The translations under genes and the position numbers were made by a program. Below the pieces are notes generated by a model, which was given only the letters and a program-made list of their open reading frames with translations, was not told the DNA's origin and did no database searches. A stretch of 64,000 bases of DNA. Origin: Eledone cirrhosa (Eukaryota). This document shows, piece by piece, positions 37,750-50,801 of the stretch (the first letter of the stretch is position 1; every line of letters starts with the position of its first letter). The stretch lies in the NCBI GenBank assembly GCA_964016885.1, contig OZ024743.1, forward strand, positions 247,690,001 through 247,754,000. Direction: 5' to 3'.

Positions 37750-38052
37750 GAAACCCTAATAAACTTAAAATTAAATTTAGCCCCAACCTTAAACTCTAAA
37801 TCTAAACACAACCAAGCTAAATATAAACACAACTCCAACCCTTAAACTAAAGCCTAAACATTACCTCAACCATAAAACTAAACCTTAATCTTTACCCAAC
37901 CCTTAAACTAAACTCTAAACTTTACTCCAACCATAAAACTAAACCCTAAACTTTACCCTAAACTCTAAACTTTACCCCAACCATAAAACTAAAATGTAAA
38001 TTTTATCCCAACCCTTAAACTAAACCCTAAACGTTACCCTAAACCTAACCCA
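37750..38052. repeat. ~30-bp repeat containing AAACCCTAAA-like motifs
   Basis: aaccataaaactaaaccctaaactttacccc variants. Confidence 0.75.
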
Positions 38053-39324
38053 GGGAAATAAGTTGTTTGCAAGCATCTAGGTCAGATTAGAAAAATACCG
38101 AAAATAATTATGTCCCACATGTGAATGGCGGTGTAGATCTGCAAAACCATTCCCCCTTCCCTCTCCTTTTTCTCAAAAGTTAGTTGTTTTTGACTGGTTT
38201 GGAAGTCATATTCACTGATAACACATGAAAATAGAATCGTAGAGAAAATTCTGAGTAAGCAGGGGTTATCTGGGTGAACAGGGAACCATCTCATCTCACT
38301 CCACCGTTTTCCTGCGGAGAAAAGTCAGTTTTAAGCATCTTTTTTTTTGCGAGTGTGTATTTACCACTCAATCTGACATTAAAGGTGCTCACAATTGACT
38401 ATTTTTTACACACATTATTAATGAATAGGACTTTGAAACCTGTCGAAAATGACTAGCTTTGTAGAAAGAGGGTGGAAGTGGGCGGAAATACCATTGGCAA
38501 AGCTAGTCACTTTTGATTGGAGTGGAAGTTATATTTGTTAATATGTTAAAGTATAGTCTACTTCGAGTATGCTGGAGGTTGGATTAGTTGATAGCACATA
38601 GAAAAACAAAGGGAAACATTTTATTCTGACTTAAATCAAAGTGGAAATTAAAGTCTTTACTTTATATGGAAACATATAGTATGGTATGGTCTGTTTTGTT
38701 ATAATATCATATCATTGTAAATTTATTGCAGAACACCTACTGCTACCATTTACATTACACCATGGTATTGACATGAAAGTGATAAATTTTCTTTTTTTTT
38801 TTTTGTTTTTCTTTTTTTGTGGTTACCACCTAATCTGATATCTAAGGTGCTTGCAATTGACTATTTTTTCACACATTATCAATGAATATGACATGGAAAC
38901 CTATCGCAAACAATAGGTTTCCATGTCATAACTTTACCAAATCAAAACACACCATACTACACCACGCCATGCTATTGATCTCAGTGTGAAAAATTGTCTT
39001 CCTGTTTTTATTTTTTATTATTTGATATTAAAGGTGCTCACAATTGACTATTTTTTTCACATATCAATGAATGTGATTTTGAAACCTATCGAAAATGACT
39101 AGCTTTGTTGAGAAATGAGGGTGGAAAGTGGGAGGAAAAACCATTCACAAAACTAGTCATTTTTGATTGCAGTGAAAATCATATTTGTTGACAACATGCA
39201 CAAAGAATAATTGATTGCGTACATCTTGGAGGTCAGGTAAGTTGAAAGCACATGAAAAACAAAGGAAAACAAATTTTCCAGCTCAAATTGTTCTACCTGT
39301 CTACCTACCAAGTTATATATATAT

Positions 39325-39605
39325 CATCATCATCATCATTTTACGTCCACTTTTCCCTGCTTGCAAGGGTGGGACGGGAACTGATTCTGGCTTGATTTCT
39401 ACAGCTGGATGCCTTTCCTAACACCAACCTCATTTACAGTGAGTGCTGGGTGATTTGCAGTGGAATGATAGGGACCCCAGTCCCTATCATCTCATTTCTA
39501 CAGCTGAGTAAACTGGAGCAATGTGAAATAAAGTGTCTTGCTCAAGGAAACAACACATCACCCGGTCTGAGAATTGAATGATGTGTTGTTTCCTTGAGCA
39601 AGACA
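39325..39605 (-). mobile_element. RTE-tail SINE fragment joined to a CORE-SINE fragment with a terminal 27-bp inverted duplication
   Basis: ttttacgtccacttttccctgc; cagctgagtaaactggagcaatgtgaaataaagtgtcttgctcaagg; IR 39534-39560 / 39579-39605. Confidence 0.75.
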
Positions 39606-40165
39606 TACATAGATATATATATTACACTCTATATATCTATCTCTCTATCAATCCTTATGTTAAAGAGAAAGACATTATAACAAAGCACATCACACCACAC
39701 TAAACACACTGCTCTACACCAAACTATGGTAATGTTATTGAAAAGCAACTCCTTGATCTCAGTGTGAAAAACTTCCCCCCTGCTTTTTTTTTTGTGTGTG
39801 TGTGTGCTTACCACCCAATCTGACCACCAAGGTGCTCACATAGGACTATTTTTTTGCACATATTATCAATGTTTATGACATGGAAACCTGTCGAAAATGA
39901 CTAGCTTTGTAGAAAAAAGGAGGAAAGTGCACAAAGACCATCCACAAAGCTAGTCGCTTTTGATTGGAATGGAATTCATATTTGTTAACATACGAAACAA
40001 ATTTTCGATTGTGAGCATCTTGAAGTTCAGATTAGTTGATTTCACAAAAAAAAACAAAGGAAAACAAATTTCCTGGATTAAACTGCTCTACCTACCTATC
40101 TACCCGCACACACACGCGCACACACACCCCTCTCTCTCTATCAATCTGACTACCTACATAGCTAG

Positions 40166-41750
40166 CAAATAAAAAAAACTGGTACGCCCAATAAAAAACG
40201 AACTCCCAATAAAAACGACACCTCCCCCAAAACTATTTCCCCATATAAAAACGGACCACCCCCAATTAAAAAACGGATCCACCAATAAAAAAGCCCCCCC
40301 CCCATAAAAAACGGACCCCCCCCCAATAAAAAATGGATCGCCCCACTAAAACGCCCCCCCCCCCCCCATGGATCCCACAAATAAAAAAACGGACCTCGAC
40401 CCCAATAAAAAAAGGAACCATCCATAAAAAAACAAACGGTCCCAATAAAAAAAATCGGAACCCCCCAATAAAAAAACGGACAACCCCCAAATAAAAAACG
40501 GACAACCCCCAAATAAAATACGGACACCCCCAATAAAAAACGGACCCTTCTAAATAAAAAACGTACCCTCCTCCGAATAAAACCGGATCTCCCAAATAAA
40601 AAATGGGACCCCAAATTAAAAACCGACCCTGCCCAATAAAAAACGCCCCCGCCTCCAAAATAAAAAAAATTGATGCCTCTCAATAAAAAAACGGAACCCC
40701 CAAATAAGAAAAATATACCCCCCAATAAAAAAAAGGACCCCAAATAAAAGAAACGGACCCCCTCCCCAATAAACAAACGGACCCCCAATAAAAAAAACGG
40801 ATCCCCCCAAATAATAAAACCGGAACCCCACCCCAATAAAAAAACTGACTGCCCCAATATAAACTGGATACCACAAATAAAAAAACGCTCTCCCACCCCC
40901 GAATAAAAAGACGGAACCCCTAATAAAAAACGGATCCCTCGAATAAAAACGGACGCCCCTCCCTCAAATAAAAAAAACCGACCTCCCCAAATAAAACCGA
41001 ACTCCGAAATAAAAAGCGGATCCCCGAATAAAAAACATACCTCCGAATAAAAAACGGACCACCCAATAAAAAACGAATCCCCCAAATAAAAGAACCGACG
41101 CCCCAATAAAAAAACGGCCCCCCCCAATAAGAAAGGACACCCTGAATAAAAAACGGATCCCCCCCCCCATAAAAAAACCGAACCGCCCCCATAAAAAAAA
41201 CGGACTCCCCCAATAAAAGTATCGTATCCCCAATAAAGAAACGGATCCCCTATTAAAAAACATCCCACCCAATAAAAAACGGGCACCCCAAATAAAAAAA
41301 CAATCCCGCCCAATAAAAAAATGGATCCCACAAATAAAAAAACGTACTCCCCCGAATAAAACCTGATCCGCCCAAATATAAAATGGCTACCCCCCCCCCC
41401 CCCAACCACGGAAATAAAAAAACTGATCCCTCTCAATAAAAAAACTGAACCCTAAATATAAAACGGATTCCCCCCAAATAATAAACGCCCCTCCTGCACT
41501 CCCCAAATAAAAAAAAAAAACGGACTCCCCAATAAAAAACGGATCCCCCAAATAAAAACAACGGACCACTCAAACAAGAAAACGCCCCCCCCCCCCCCCC
41601 CCCCCCAATATAAAATGGATAGCAGAAATAAAAAGAACGGACTCCCACACCCGAAAAAGACGGAACCCTGAATAAAAAACGGACCCCCCCCCCCAATTAA
41701 AAACGAATCATTCAAATAAAAAAAATGGACATCCCCGAATAAAAACTGGT
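40166..41750. repeat. Degenerate ~18-20-bp minisatellite (AATAAAAAACGGACCCCC)
   Basis: Direct inspection; strong strand asymmetry, G-runs on the minus strand. Confidence 0.92.
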
Positions 41751-41754
41751 TCCT

Positions 41755-42575
41755 TCATATTCTATCCTCGCATTAATAATGGTTAAGCTGGCTGTAGGAG
41801 AACATATGCGAGCCTTTGCTTTCGCCATCTAGTCAGGCATTGAGCACTATTCAACTGGCCATATGTGATCTCATGGGAAGTATAGGCCTAATCTGCCGTT
41901 GATGAAGGTTTAGCTAGCGGTAGGAGATGCTATGGGGAGTATACACCTTAAAACACCTTCTTTTAACCTCTAATATGTCATTGACAAGGGTTGAGCTGAC
42001 GGTATGAGATCCTCTCCTAAAGCTGTTTTTTTTCGTAATCTGATATGGGTTCAGCTGGCCATATGAGATCCTATAGGAAGTATATGGCCTAAAGCTGCTC
42101 CTTTCACCTTCTATCCTGTCATTGACAAGGGTTTAGCTGATGGAAGGAGATCTTATGGGACATAAAGGACCTAAAGCCATTACTTTCACCCTCTAATCAG
42201 GCACTTATCAGGGTTTAGCTGGCCATATTAGATTCTATGCGATATATATATGCTTAAATCTGCTTCTTTAGCTTTCTGACAGGGGCTTAGCTGTCCGTAG
42301 GGGATCCTATGGAACTTATACGATCTAAAGCCATTACTTTCGCACTTTGACCTGGGATTAACTGGCCACAGAAGATTCTATGGGAAGTATACGGCCTGAA
42401 ACTGCTTCTTTCACTCTCTAGCCTCACATTGACAAGGGTTTAAAAGATCCTATGGGAAGTATATGCATTAAAACTGAATTTTTATCTTCTAAGCAGACAC
42501 TTACCAGGGTTAATCTGGCTGTAGGAGATCATAGCGCAAGCAAAATCGTGTGCACCAGCTGTGCACAAACTCGTG
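41755..42575 (+). repeat. Diverged ~70-82-bp tandem repeat (~10 units)
   Basis: Recurring agggtttagctggcc..gatcctatgggaagtata..cctaaagc..tttcacc. Confidence 0.75.
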
Positions 42576-42598
42576 TGCTTGAGAGTGGAAAAATAGGG

Positions 42599-42634
42599 TC
42601 TTAACGTTTCGGACGCTAGTCCTTAATCAGAAGA
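42599..42634 (-). ncRNA. Minimal hammerhead with one core substitution
   Basis: Minus strand: tctt-CTGATtA-a-ggac-tagc-gtcc-GAAACGTT-aaga. Confidence 0.55.
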
Positions 42635-42865
42635 AAGAATGAGAAATTAGACATTGAAGAGACGGGCAGGGCGGAATCGGAAAAAATGTTTTTAGAGAAA
42701 AATAATAGCTCCATTCATGTTGCCATCTCTTAACACTACACACAGACACACATTTAAAATAAACAAAAAAATTATAATTTCAAGGGAGAGAAAGATCCTC
42801 AGTATGTAAGCTCGTATGTATGTGTCTGTGTATTACACACACACACATATATATATATAAGTAAA

Positions 42866-43230
42866 TAATCGAGAATCAGAATCTCGGCCCACGAAATAAC
42901 GATAAACAATCTTCGACATGTGTGGCAGAAGGCTCAATAGTTTGGATAAACCAGAGCTATAACTATCGTTAAAATACCAACACATAGAGACGATGCCTAA
43001 AATCATTCGCACAGCCGAAAAAAAACGACCAGGAAAATTCGGGTCACTCAAATAATAAATTAAATGAATGTAAAAACTCACCCGGACCCGCTAGAAGGAT
43101 GTTAAATTCTAGCTTTTGGGGTTTCTGCAGTTCCTTAATCAATTACTGTCAGCCCACATAAAAAAATATATCTGACTTCTAGTAAAGAGACGAACGAGGA
43201 AACTGCTTTCTCAGCGGATGTTTCGTTCAA
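42866..43230 (+). mobile_element. Fragment of the repeat family seen inverted at 49907-50810 (probable Penelope N-terminal region)
   Basis: Shared agagctataactatcgttaaaataccaacaca and ttcgggtcactca. Confidence 0.65.
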
Positions 43231-43439
43231 AAATACAGGGGACCCGGTACTGAACGCACGTCAACAGACACAGACAACCACACACTTTGAAAAAAAAAAA
43301 ATTATAATTTCAGGGGAGATAATTCAGTTTAATTTACAATTTGTTTATCTCCCTTCTCTCTATTTTGACTGTTAAGCAAACGTCTTTAAAAATTAGATAC
43401 ACACCCACACACTGATATAAGTACACACATACACACACA

Positions 43440-43495
<56 letters not shown>

Positions 43496-43499
43496 AGTA

Positions 43500-44085
43500 T
43501 ATCACTGTGTCCGAACATAAGGGAACCAAGCTCCCACTGTCACTGCCTCTGTTTCTCCTGCTCTCCCCATCTCTCATATACACCATGTCCGAACATAAGG
43601 GAGACAAGCTCCCACTGCCTCTGTCTCTCTTGTTCTCCCCAACTCTCACTATTATGAGCAAATGGGGACCCCCTATGCTGCCCCCCTCCCGACCCGGGAG
43701 GACAAAATAGAGCAGGCATTTCCCTGGAAGAGGGTCAAGGAAACACGCTGGAAGAGCCATTCCAGCCTGCAAGGCTCACACTTGTGAGTAACCAACTCCG
43801 TGCCAATGGTTGTGAGTAGGGTGGTGGTGCTAGGGTCAAGGACACCAGAAGTCTCCACTCCTATGGGCTCGACCACAAACTTGTCGAACAATGATTTATA
43901 TTTGGAGAGTTTATCCTCCTCGACCCAAAGTGCAGCAGAGCCTGGGCTCCACTCAGACTGCATCAGGTTGCTGCTGGAGAATGTGTCACTGCAAGTGGCA
44001 TCACAGATGAGGGGCTTACCACCGTGGAATAGGAAGATAGTCATGACATCTGGCCTTTTGCCATCCCTTCGGTCCAGACCCGAGA
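43500..44085 (-). mobile_element. CRE-clade non-LTR element C-terminus (restriction-like endonuclease) and 3' UTR
   Basis: DGKRPDVMT...LICDATCSDT...KLSKY...PIGVETSG; frame-shifted WLFQRVSLTLFQGNA. Confidence 0.75.
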
Positions 44086-44203
44086 TTATGACTGTTTACC
44101 AACTGCTAAACTTTCATAAATATTCAATTTCTTAAGCTGTTCGTTTTTGTAGCATTGGTGTTGTTGTTGTCAATATTGTTGTTGCCATCTTCCTCATCAT
44201 CAT

Positions 44204-44378
44204 CAGATCTGCCAACTTCTAAAAACCCAAACGGGAAGTACCATGAAAAAAAGTGCCCCAAAACGGAGAGATTTTACATAACGAAAGCTATACCCATTTT
44301 CACATGAGAAGACATTTATCATCGACCACAAAGTGGGTGGGAAATCTCCCGTCAAACGGGGAGAAGTTGACAGGTTTG
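44204..44378. mobile_element. Putative MITE
   Basis: Imperfect TIR cagatctgccaacttct / agaagttgacaggtttg; no clear TSD. Confidence 0.45.
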
Positions 44379-44617
44379 TGTATAGGTCAATAAAGAGGTG
44401 AATGGATTTTTAGGCAGATGTATAGAAAAGTGTATAGGTCTGTTAAGAAGTAAATGATCTTTTAGGCAGAGAGTTGTTGTAGGGAATTGTTGAGAATGTG
44501 TAGAACAGTATAGAAGTGTAAATGTCTGTATATAGGCAATATTCAACTTGTATATAGGTGTATTGTAGATTAAAATACCATAATATATCAATATAGAGCT
44601 GTATATAATATGGAATG

Positions 44618-45705
44618 AAGGTGCATGGCGTAGTGGTTAGGGTATTCGTTGCACATTGTTTGCTAGAACAAGACACTTTATTTCATTTTGCTCCAATTCA
44701 TTCAGCTGCCAAAAATGAGTTTTATTTGAAATTCATATAATAATAATAATAATGTAATTATTGTGTACAGTGCTCAGGTGCACTACAACTCATCAAAGGT
44801 GCATGTATAGTACATAGAATAATGTACAAATGTCAGGAAAATGAACAGTGTATGAGTCATGAAATACATGTGTGCATGTGTATGGAGGGGGGACATCAGG
44901 TATAGTGTTGGCGAATCTCAGGAAGCATGGAGGTTTTAAAGGATGGAGTGTCTCAACAGCTAACAACTGATGCAGGTAGTTTTTTCCATGCTTCAGCAAC
45001 TCTGAGCGTGAAAAAATGTTTCCGAAAGTCATGGGAGCTGTGCTGTTTTCTGACTTTGTGGGCATGCCCACATGTGTTAGACACATGGAAATCAAAAAGG
45101 TGCTCAGGGTTGTTGTTGGCAAGATGGTTAATGATTTTGTGGATGTTTACCAAGTCAGTTGCCAGATGTCGGAGCTTCAAAGTATCCATGACCAGGGAAG
45201 CAAGGCGTTCAGAGTATAGTAGATGCCTGATGGAGGGTATTCGCTTGGTTGCACGTCTCTGAACAGTTTCCAGGCGGTCAATGTTCTGAGCAAGATAGGG
45301 GTTCCAGACTGGTGATGCAAATTCTAAGTGTAGCCGCACCATAGCTATATACAGCTTTAAATAGATAGCTGGAGAGCGGCTGATAAAGGTCTTGCTGAGT
45401 GATGCTAAGACACCCTCGGCCTTCTTGACAATTTTAGAGATGTGCTTCGTCTAACGCAAATCGCTGCTGACAGTAATGCCCAGGTCACTTGAGGTTGTGC
45501 TTGATGTCATCTGCATATTTCAGTACTGTGGCATTCTTTAAGTTGGCATCTATGTCATGGAACTGGCCTTATCATACCATGTGTCACATTGAAGCTTCCT
45601 GAGAATTGTGTTAAGGGTGTATGTTTCTGTGGAATGCTCCATCACTGACACATTAATTTCATGAGTTCTGTTGATTGAATCAACTGGTGTACTTGTCGTC
45701 TGAAA
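44618..45705 (+). mobile_element. tRNA-CORE-Deu-type SINE split by a CR1-like insertion
   Basis: Head tggcgtagtggttagggta and CORE caagacactttatttca...cagctg at 44618-44735; remainder ctgagaattgtgttaagggt...ttaatttcatgag at 45558-45705. Confidence 0.6.
44736..45557 (-). mobile_element. CR1-like LINE 3' fragment with (TTA)n tail
   Basis: VRLHLEFASPVWNPY, LETVQRRATKRI, RKHFFTLRV; AT-rich tandem tail. Confidence 0.85.
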
Positions 45706-45753
45706 GAAATGATAGTGGTCCATCATTTATGTACAGTGTAGCTTCCATACATG

Positions 45754-46035
45754 CAGGGTTGGATTTAGACCGGGTGGGGTGAGGGGGCACATACACAAAC
45801 AAAATTAGAACCCCCCCCCCCCAGTTTTAAATATCAAAGTTAGCTTGGTGCAAGTAACTGGAATTGAAAAGTTTTACATACAGGTATTAAATTAAAAAAT
45901 TCTAACCATCTTTAAACTAAAAATCCCATCTGAGGGTAAAAATAAATTACTACAGCCATTGCTGGTGAGGCCCCACACTGCAGGGAACCCAGGAAAATTG
46001 CCCCTATTGCCCCCCCCTCATTAAATCTGGCCCTA
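45754..46035. mobile_element. hAT-type MITE, 282 bp
   Basis: TIR cagggttggatttag / ttaaatctggcccta; 8-bp TSD CATACATG (45746-45753, 46036-46043). Confidence 0.82.
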
Positions 46036-46099
46036 CATACATGGTCGGTGGACAACAAGAACTAGTTCCAACAGGGTGGTGGATGAAGCTCTACATGGC

Positions 46100-46335
46100 A
46101 AGCTGCCAATGATGTCAGCAACACAGCAGCCAACTCCCCCAAATATTTTGAATGCCACAGGCTGGAAAAAACAGTTTGCCAATAATTCCTGATATTTTAG
46201 AATGTTATTCCATTTGTCTATGAATGCAGTGACCCTTGCCTTTACCATAGCATCTAAGATATGGGAAGAAACTAAAGAGTCACTGACTGTGATGTCTCGA
46301 ATGAGGCACACATTTTTTACCATGGATAATGGTGA
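46100..46335 (-). mobile_element. Second CRE-like RLE fragment
   Basis: RDITVSDSL...KYQELLANCFFQPVAFKIFG. Confidence 0.5.
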
Positions 46336-46503
46336 ACATAACTGAATAAACTGGTGTACAGAATTTATAGATCTGCATAGAGCTGATGTAGGGCTGTAGA
46401 GTGGTGTTTACAGTGTATAGTGCAATATAAAGGTAGTGAGAAACTGTATAGAAGGTGTATATATAATCAATGTAATAATTAAGCTGCTATGTGTAGTCAT
46501 ACA

Positions 46504-46619
46504 TGGAGATGCTATAAAATAGATTGAACACTCTTAAAGATAGAAAAAGAAGTTGCCATCGGTTGATGACATCTTTTTCCGTCTTTAAGAGTGTTCACCC
46601 TATTTTATAAGCATCTCCA
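46504..46619. repeat. ~55-bp-arm hairpin (fold-back/MITE-like)
   Basis: tggagatgctataaaatag..gaacactcttaaaga / tctttaagagtgttc..ctattttataagcatctcca. Confidence 0.75.
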
Positions 46620-46647
46620 CACATGCGCACATCATTCCATATATTAA

Positions 46648-46841
46648 CCCTTTAGCATTTCACGTCCCTTTCTGTTTAAACCAGTCATAATCTGCCACTC
46701 ATACCAATGTTAAGGTATTGTTCTCAAAATAAATAACAGCAAAATCTCATAGCTTTTATATTATGTGGGATAATGATGTGAGATAAAGTATTTACCGTGA
46801 AAATACAATAGTAAATACAGATTAATGTAAATGCTAAAGGG
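46648..46841. mobile_element. piggyBac-type MITE
   Basis: TTAA|CCCTTTAGCATTT ... AAATGCTAAAGGG|TTAA. Confidence 0.82.
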
Positions 46842-46989
46842 TTAAAGTTGATATTATACAGTACATTAATAAAGATAATGAAATATGTGAATAGCCTCAA
46901 TATTTTAATTAATTCTTTACTGAAATCGAAACATAAATAAATATTGAATTATTGGGGAGTTGGTCTACTGACAATGAATTTCTGTTCAT

Positions 46990-47210
46990 TGTTAATGGCT
47001 CACCTTACAAGCGTTGATGGTGCACCTTACAAGCGTTGATGGTGCACCTTACAAGCGTTGATGGTGCACCTTACCAGGGTTAATGGCTCAACTTACTAGC
47101 ATTGATGGTTCACCTTACCAGGGTTAATGGCTCAATTTACTAGCATTGATGGCTCATCTTACCAGGGTTAATGGCTCAACTTACTAGCGTTGATGGCTCA
47201 CCATACCAAT
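46990..47210. repeat. 22-bp minisatellite, ~10 copies
   Basis: caccttacaagcgttgatggtg, with alternating variants. Confidence 0.9.
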
Positions 47211-47229
47211 GTATCAGGTGATGTCTATG

Positions 47230-47800
47230 CATACACATACCCCCTAACTGGGAGATTCTTCTTGATTTCTAGTAGCCCCAATTTGGTGAACTATTGTGCG
47301 GAGAGTAGCAAGCAAGTATGGCTGTCATGGGGTTTCCCATAAATGTGACAGGAAAGATGTGCTCATCAATCTTCTTGACTGAAAGAAGTAGAGACAGTAG
47401 CATTGAGTCAAGGGAAAGGCCCACACCTCGGATGGTAGCTCCACAGTCATTTCGAACAGCAGATGTAGTGAAGAGAGTTGTAACTCCAGGATTGCACACA
47501 ACTATTTCTGGGTCGGAGTCAAAATGTACAAAATGATCATCTTGAATGCATGTTACAGAGATGTTGTAGTCAGTCACCAGTTTGATGAGCTCAGCTTGTG
47601 ATGATGCAGTGTTGAGAGTTCTACAATTGAGTGTGATCACTTTATAAGATTGGCTAGGTCTAGAGATATTTTTGTTGGGTCGTTGATGATTGAAGCTCAG
47701 TTGTCTGAAAGAATTTATATCAGGCTTGTCATTGGCTGCAGGAGCAGTATTGCATGACCGCATGAATGTTTGATTGGCAAGGGTTTAACCTTGGTGCTAT
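47230..47800 (-). mobile_element. LINE APE endonuclease N-terminal fragment (RTE-like)
   Basis: VITLNCRTLN, VTCIQD, RGVGL, LACYSP. Confidence 0.7.
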
Positions 47801-48464
47801 AATTGAACTTCATTTTTTTTCTAATGGTTAAATACAATTTGGTGTTCATAACAAAGCCTTACCTATAGTCATGAATCTTGGGTAGTGACTGAAAGAATAC
47901 AATCAGTTGGAGATGGTTGCATCTTACAGGACCTGCTGGAAGGAGTGATTGAGGACTCTGCCCCCACGACACTCTTGAGGAGGAGGAGGAGATACATATG
48001 CAGCTTGCCAGACCTGCATATTTTATGGTTCTCTGCTAACTCGATCAATGCACCTTCCTATTGTGAAGTTGCTCTGTCCTCTTTGCCAAAACATCTGTCT
48101 GTTGATGATTGTCACAAGAACTAAAACTAGCCATAAAGATGGAGATCTTTTTTCTTTCTTGAGGTTAGGCTCCACTACATCCATTGTGTTCAGCTCCAAA
48201 CAGGATCAACAGATAAAGGTATTTTAAAATGTATACATTTGTACACACAATTGGATGGCAGTTGACTCTCCTGAGTTCCTCCACCATTTGACGGGGGTTT
48301 ATTTTTTGTCCCGTGGAGTGTCCAAAAAAAGTGACCCTAAGTGAGCTTGGTGAGGTTGCCGGTTTAGGTTCCAACAATCTGACCATGTAACGGGCTGTAC
48401 TCTTAGACACAGATTTAGTCAATATTTATAACCAAACTATTTTAGTATCAGTATATATTAATAT

Positions 48465-48800
48465 CATCGTCGTTTAACGTCCACTATCTATTGTCATACA
48501 AAACTGTTTCTGGCTACATTTCTACAGCTGGATGCCCTTCCTGATGCCAATCACATTTACAGTGTGTGCTGGGTGCTTTTTGCCTGACACCTACATGACC
48601 ACATTACAGTGTGGGCTGGGTGCTTTTTGTCTTGACTCCTACATGACCATTTTACAGTTTGGGCTGGGTGCTTTTTGTCTTGACTCCTGCACGACCACTT
48701 TACAGTGTGGGCTGGGTGCTTTTTGTCTTGACTCCTACACGACCACTTTACAGTGTGGGCTGGATGCCTTTTTGTGATACCAACATAACTTTAGAGTGCA
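48465..48800 (-). mobile_element. RTE-tail SINE-like module with ~5 tandem 48-bp units
   Basis: ctacagctggatgcccttcc followed by ttacagtgtgggctgggtgctttttgt repeats. Confidence 0.8.
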
Positions 48801-49021
48801 AAGGTGGTGTGGGCTGATGATATATATATATATAAGTTTATCTCGGGTTCAATCGGGGGTAACCACAGTAAGTAAGGTACTCAATACAAAGCAGAGTATA
48901 ATATATATATATATATACTTTAGCTTTGTCAGCAGTAAGTAATGCTTATTGCAAAAATTTGGTTCCCACACCTAGGAACCTAGGAGTGGAACACATTTTT
49001 CTTCTTCCCTGTTAAATATTT

Positions 49022-49154
49022 TTTATTGTCCTCTTTCTGATGAAGTGCAATCAGAGACATATACTGCATATGAATGAACATTGCATAATGCAGTCAAGGG
49101 TTATAGGATGTTACGTAAATGTACAGAAACATGTTAAAGATTGAAGACAATAAA
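49022..49154 (+). ncRNA. Type I hammerhead with ~80-nt stem II
   Basis: tcttt-CTGATGA-agtgca...tgtaca-GAAA-CATG-TT-aaaga; outer stem tttattgtc / gacaataaa. Confidence 0.62.
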
Positions 49155-49906
49155 TTTCTCCTTCTGTCCTCAACTACCTACCTAGTTTTTGTTACGGCAT
49201 TCATTGTGGTATTCGCTACGCCAATTGGTGGTGGGGTATCTGAAGCTGGATCTTAACCAAAATTTTAGCTCGCAACTCAAAGCAAAAAATCAGCCGAGAG
49301 ATGGCTCGTATCTCAAAAAACTCATTATTTGGGACACTCGTAAGTCAAGGTACCACTGTATAGAGTAATGTAAATGGTAAACGGTTAACCTATGAAAACG
49401 TGGAAAAACAGAAATAAAAACGATGATGATAATGATGATGATATATATATATATATAGACACACACACACACACACATATATAATATGTATATAGATACA
49501 CACACACACATATATATATATAATATGTTTGTGTTTACTTACTGTCTACACTAGCAGTTTGACATGAAGGGATCGATAAAAGTGATAAAAATAAGTAAAA
49601 GAATTAGTTTATTTTCACTGTAGTGTAAATCTGTCAAACTGTTTATACAATACTGTAATATATGATACCAATATCCTCTAACCTGATTAATAACAGTTAC
49701 CAGATTAACGCCTTCATCTTTTTCCAGAAAAATAGGAAAACATACGATGAAATCAATAAAACAAATAACACGATATAATGTTTATAGATTTCATCATCAT
49801 CATCATTGTTTTTACATCTGTTTTTCCATGCTTGCATGGGTTGGACAGGTCCTTCTCAGCATGGCAGCTCTCCCCTTGTCACGTTCCTTGTTCCTTTGTT
49901 ATTATT

Positions 49907-50801
49907 AGGGGGCGGATTAAGGAATTACAGAAACCCAAGAAGCTAGATTTACCATCTTTCTAGTGGGTCCGGGTAAGCTTTTTACATTCATATGATTTAT
50001 TGATTTATTGATATTTTATCTGAGTGACCCGAATCTTCCTGGTCGTAATTTTTCGGCCGCATGGATGATTTTAGACATAATCTTTGTGTGTTGGTATTTT
50101 AACGATAGTTATAGCTCTGATTTATCTGAATTATTGAGCCCTCTGCCACTCATGTCGAATTTGTTTATCGTAAACTCGTGAGCCGATTTTCCGATACTCG
50201 ATTTTTCTACTATATTTAGCTCTAGACTTAGCTATTGACCAGTTAATTTTATTGTTCATTTTTTGTCGATTCTATTAAATGATGAATAGCTCCTGTTTAT
50301 TTTAACATGTCTATTGAGCACTCTTATTCGATATGTGATTTCCCACATTACCGAATATCTTTCGCGGATATAGAGGTTATCTCCCTTGCTGGACACCATG
50401 TGCGTCTCAGCTAAGGTTAGCTTTTTTATTCGTTTGGACAAGACCCGTTGATAAAGTATTCCGGTCCGCCGCTCTCTAGAAGTCTTATATATTTTTATGC
50501 GGGCTGATAGGGGGCGGATTAAGGAATTACAGAAACCCAAGAAGCTAGATTTACCATCTTTCTAGTGGGTCCGGGTAAGCTTTTTACATTCATATGATTT
50601 ATTGATATTTTATCTGAGTGACCCGAATCTTCCTGGTCGTAATTTTTCGGCCGCATGGGTGATTTTAGACATAATCTTTGTGTGTTGGTATTTTAACGAT
50701 AGTTATAGCTCTGATTTATCTGAATTATTGAGCCCTCTGCCACTCATGTCGAATTTGTTTATCGTAAACTCGTGAGCCGATTTTCCGATATTCGATTTTT
50801 C

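Larger units (their letters stand above)
36870..40165. repeat. Array of ~270-bp fold-back units separated by (CACAC/CATAC)n-like spacers
   Basis: Core IR atcgaaaatgactagctttgt / acaaagctagtcatttttgat in units at ~37025-37295, 38340-38615, 39020-39275, 39790-40070, plus diverged or half copies. Confidence 0.8.

Noticed and set aside
40162-41715. 424-aa Gly/Phe-rich ORF
   Set aside because: Translation of a low-complexity minisatellite with variable homopolymer lengths
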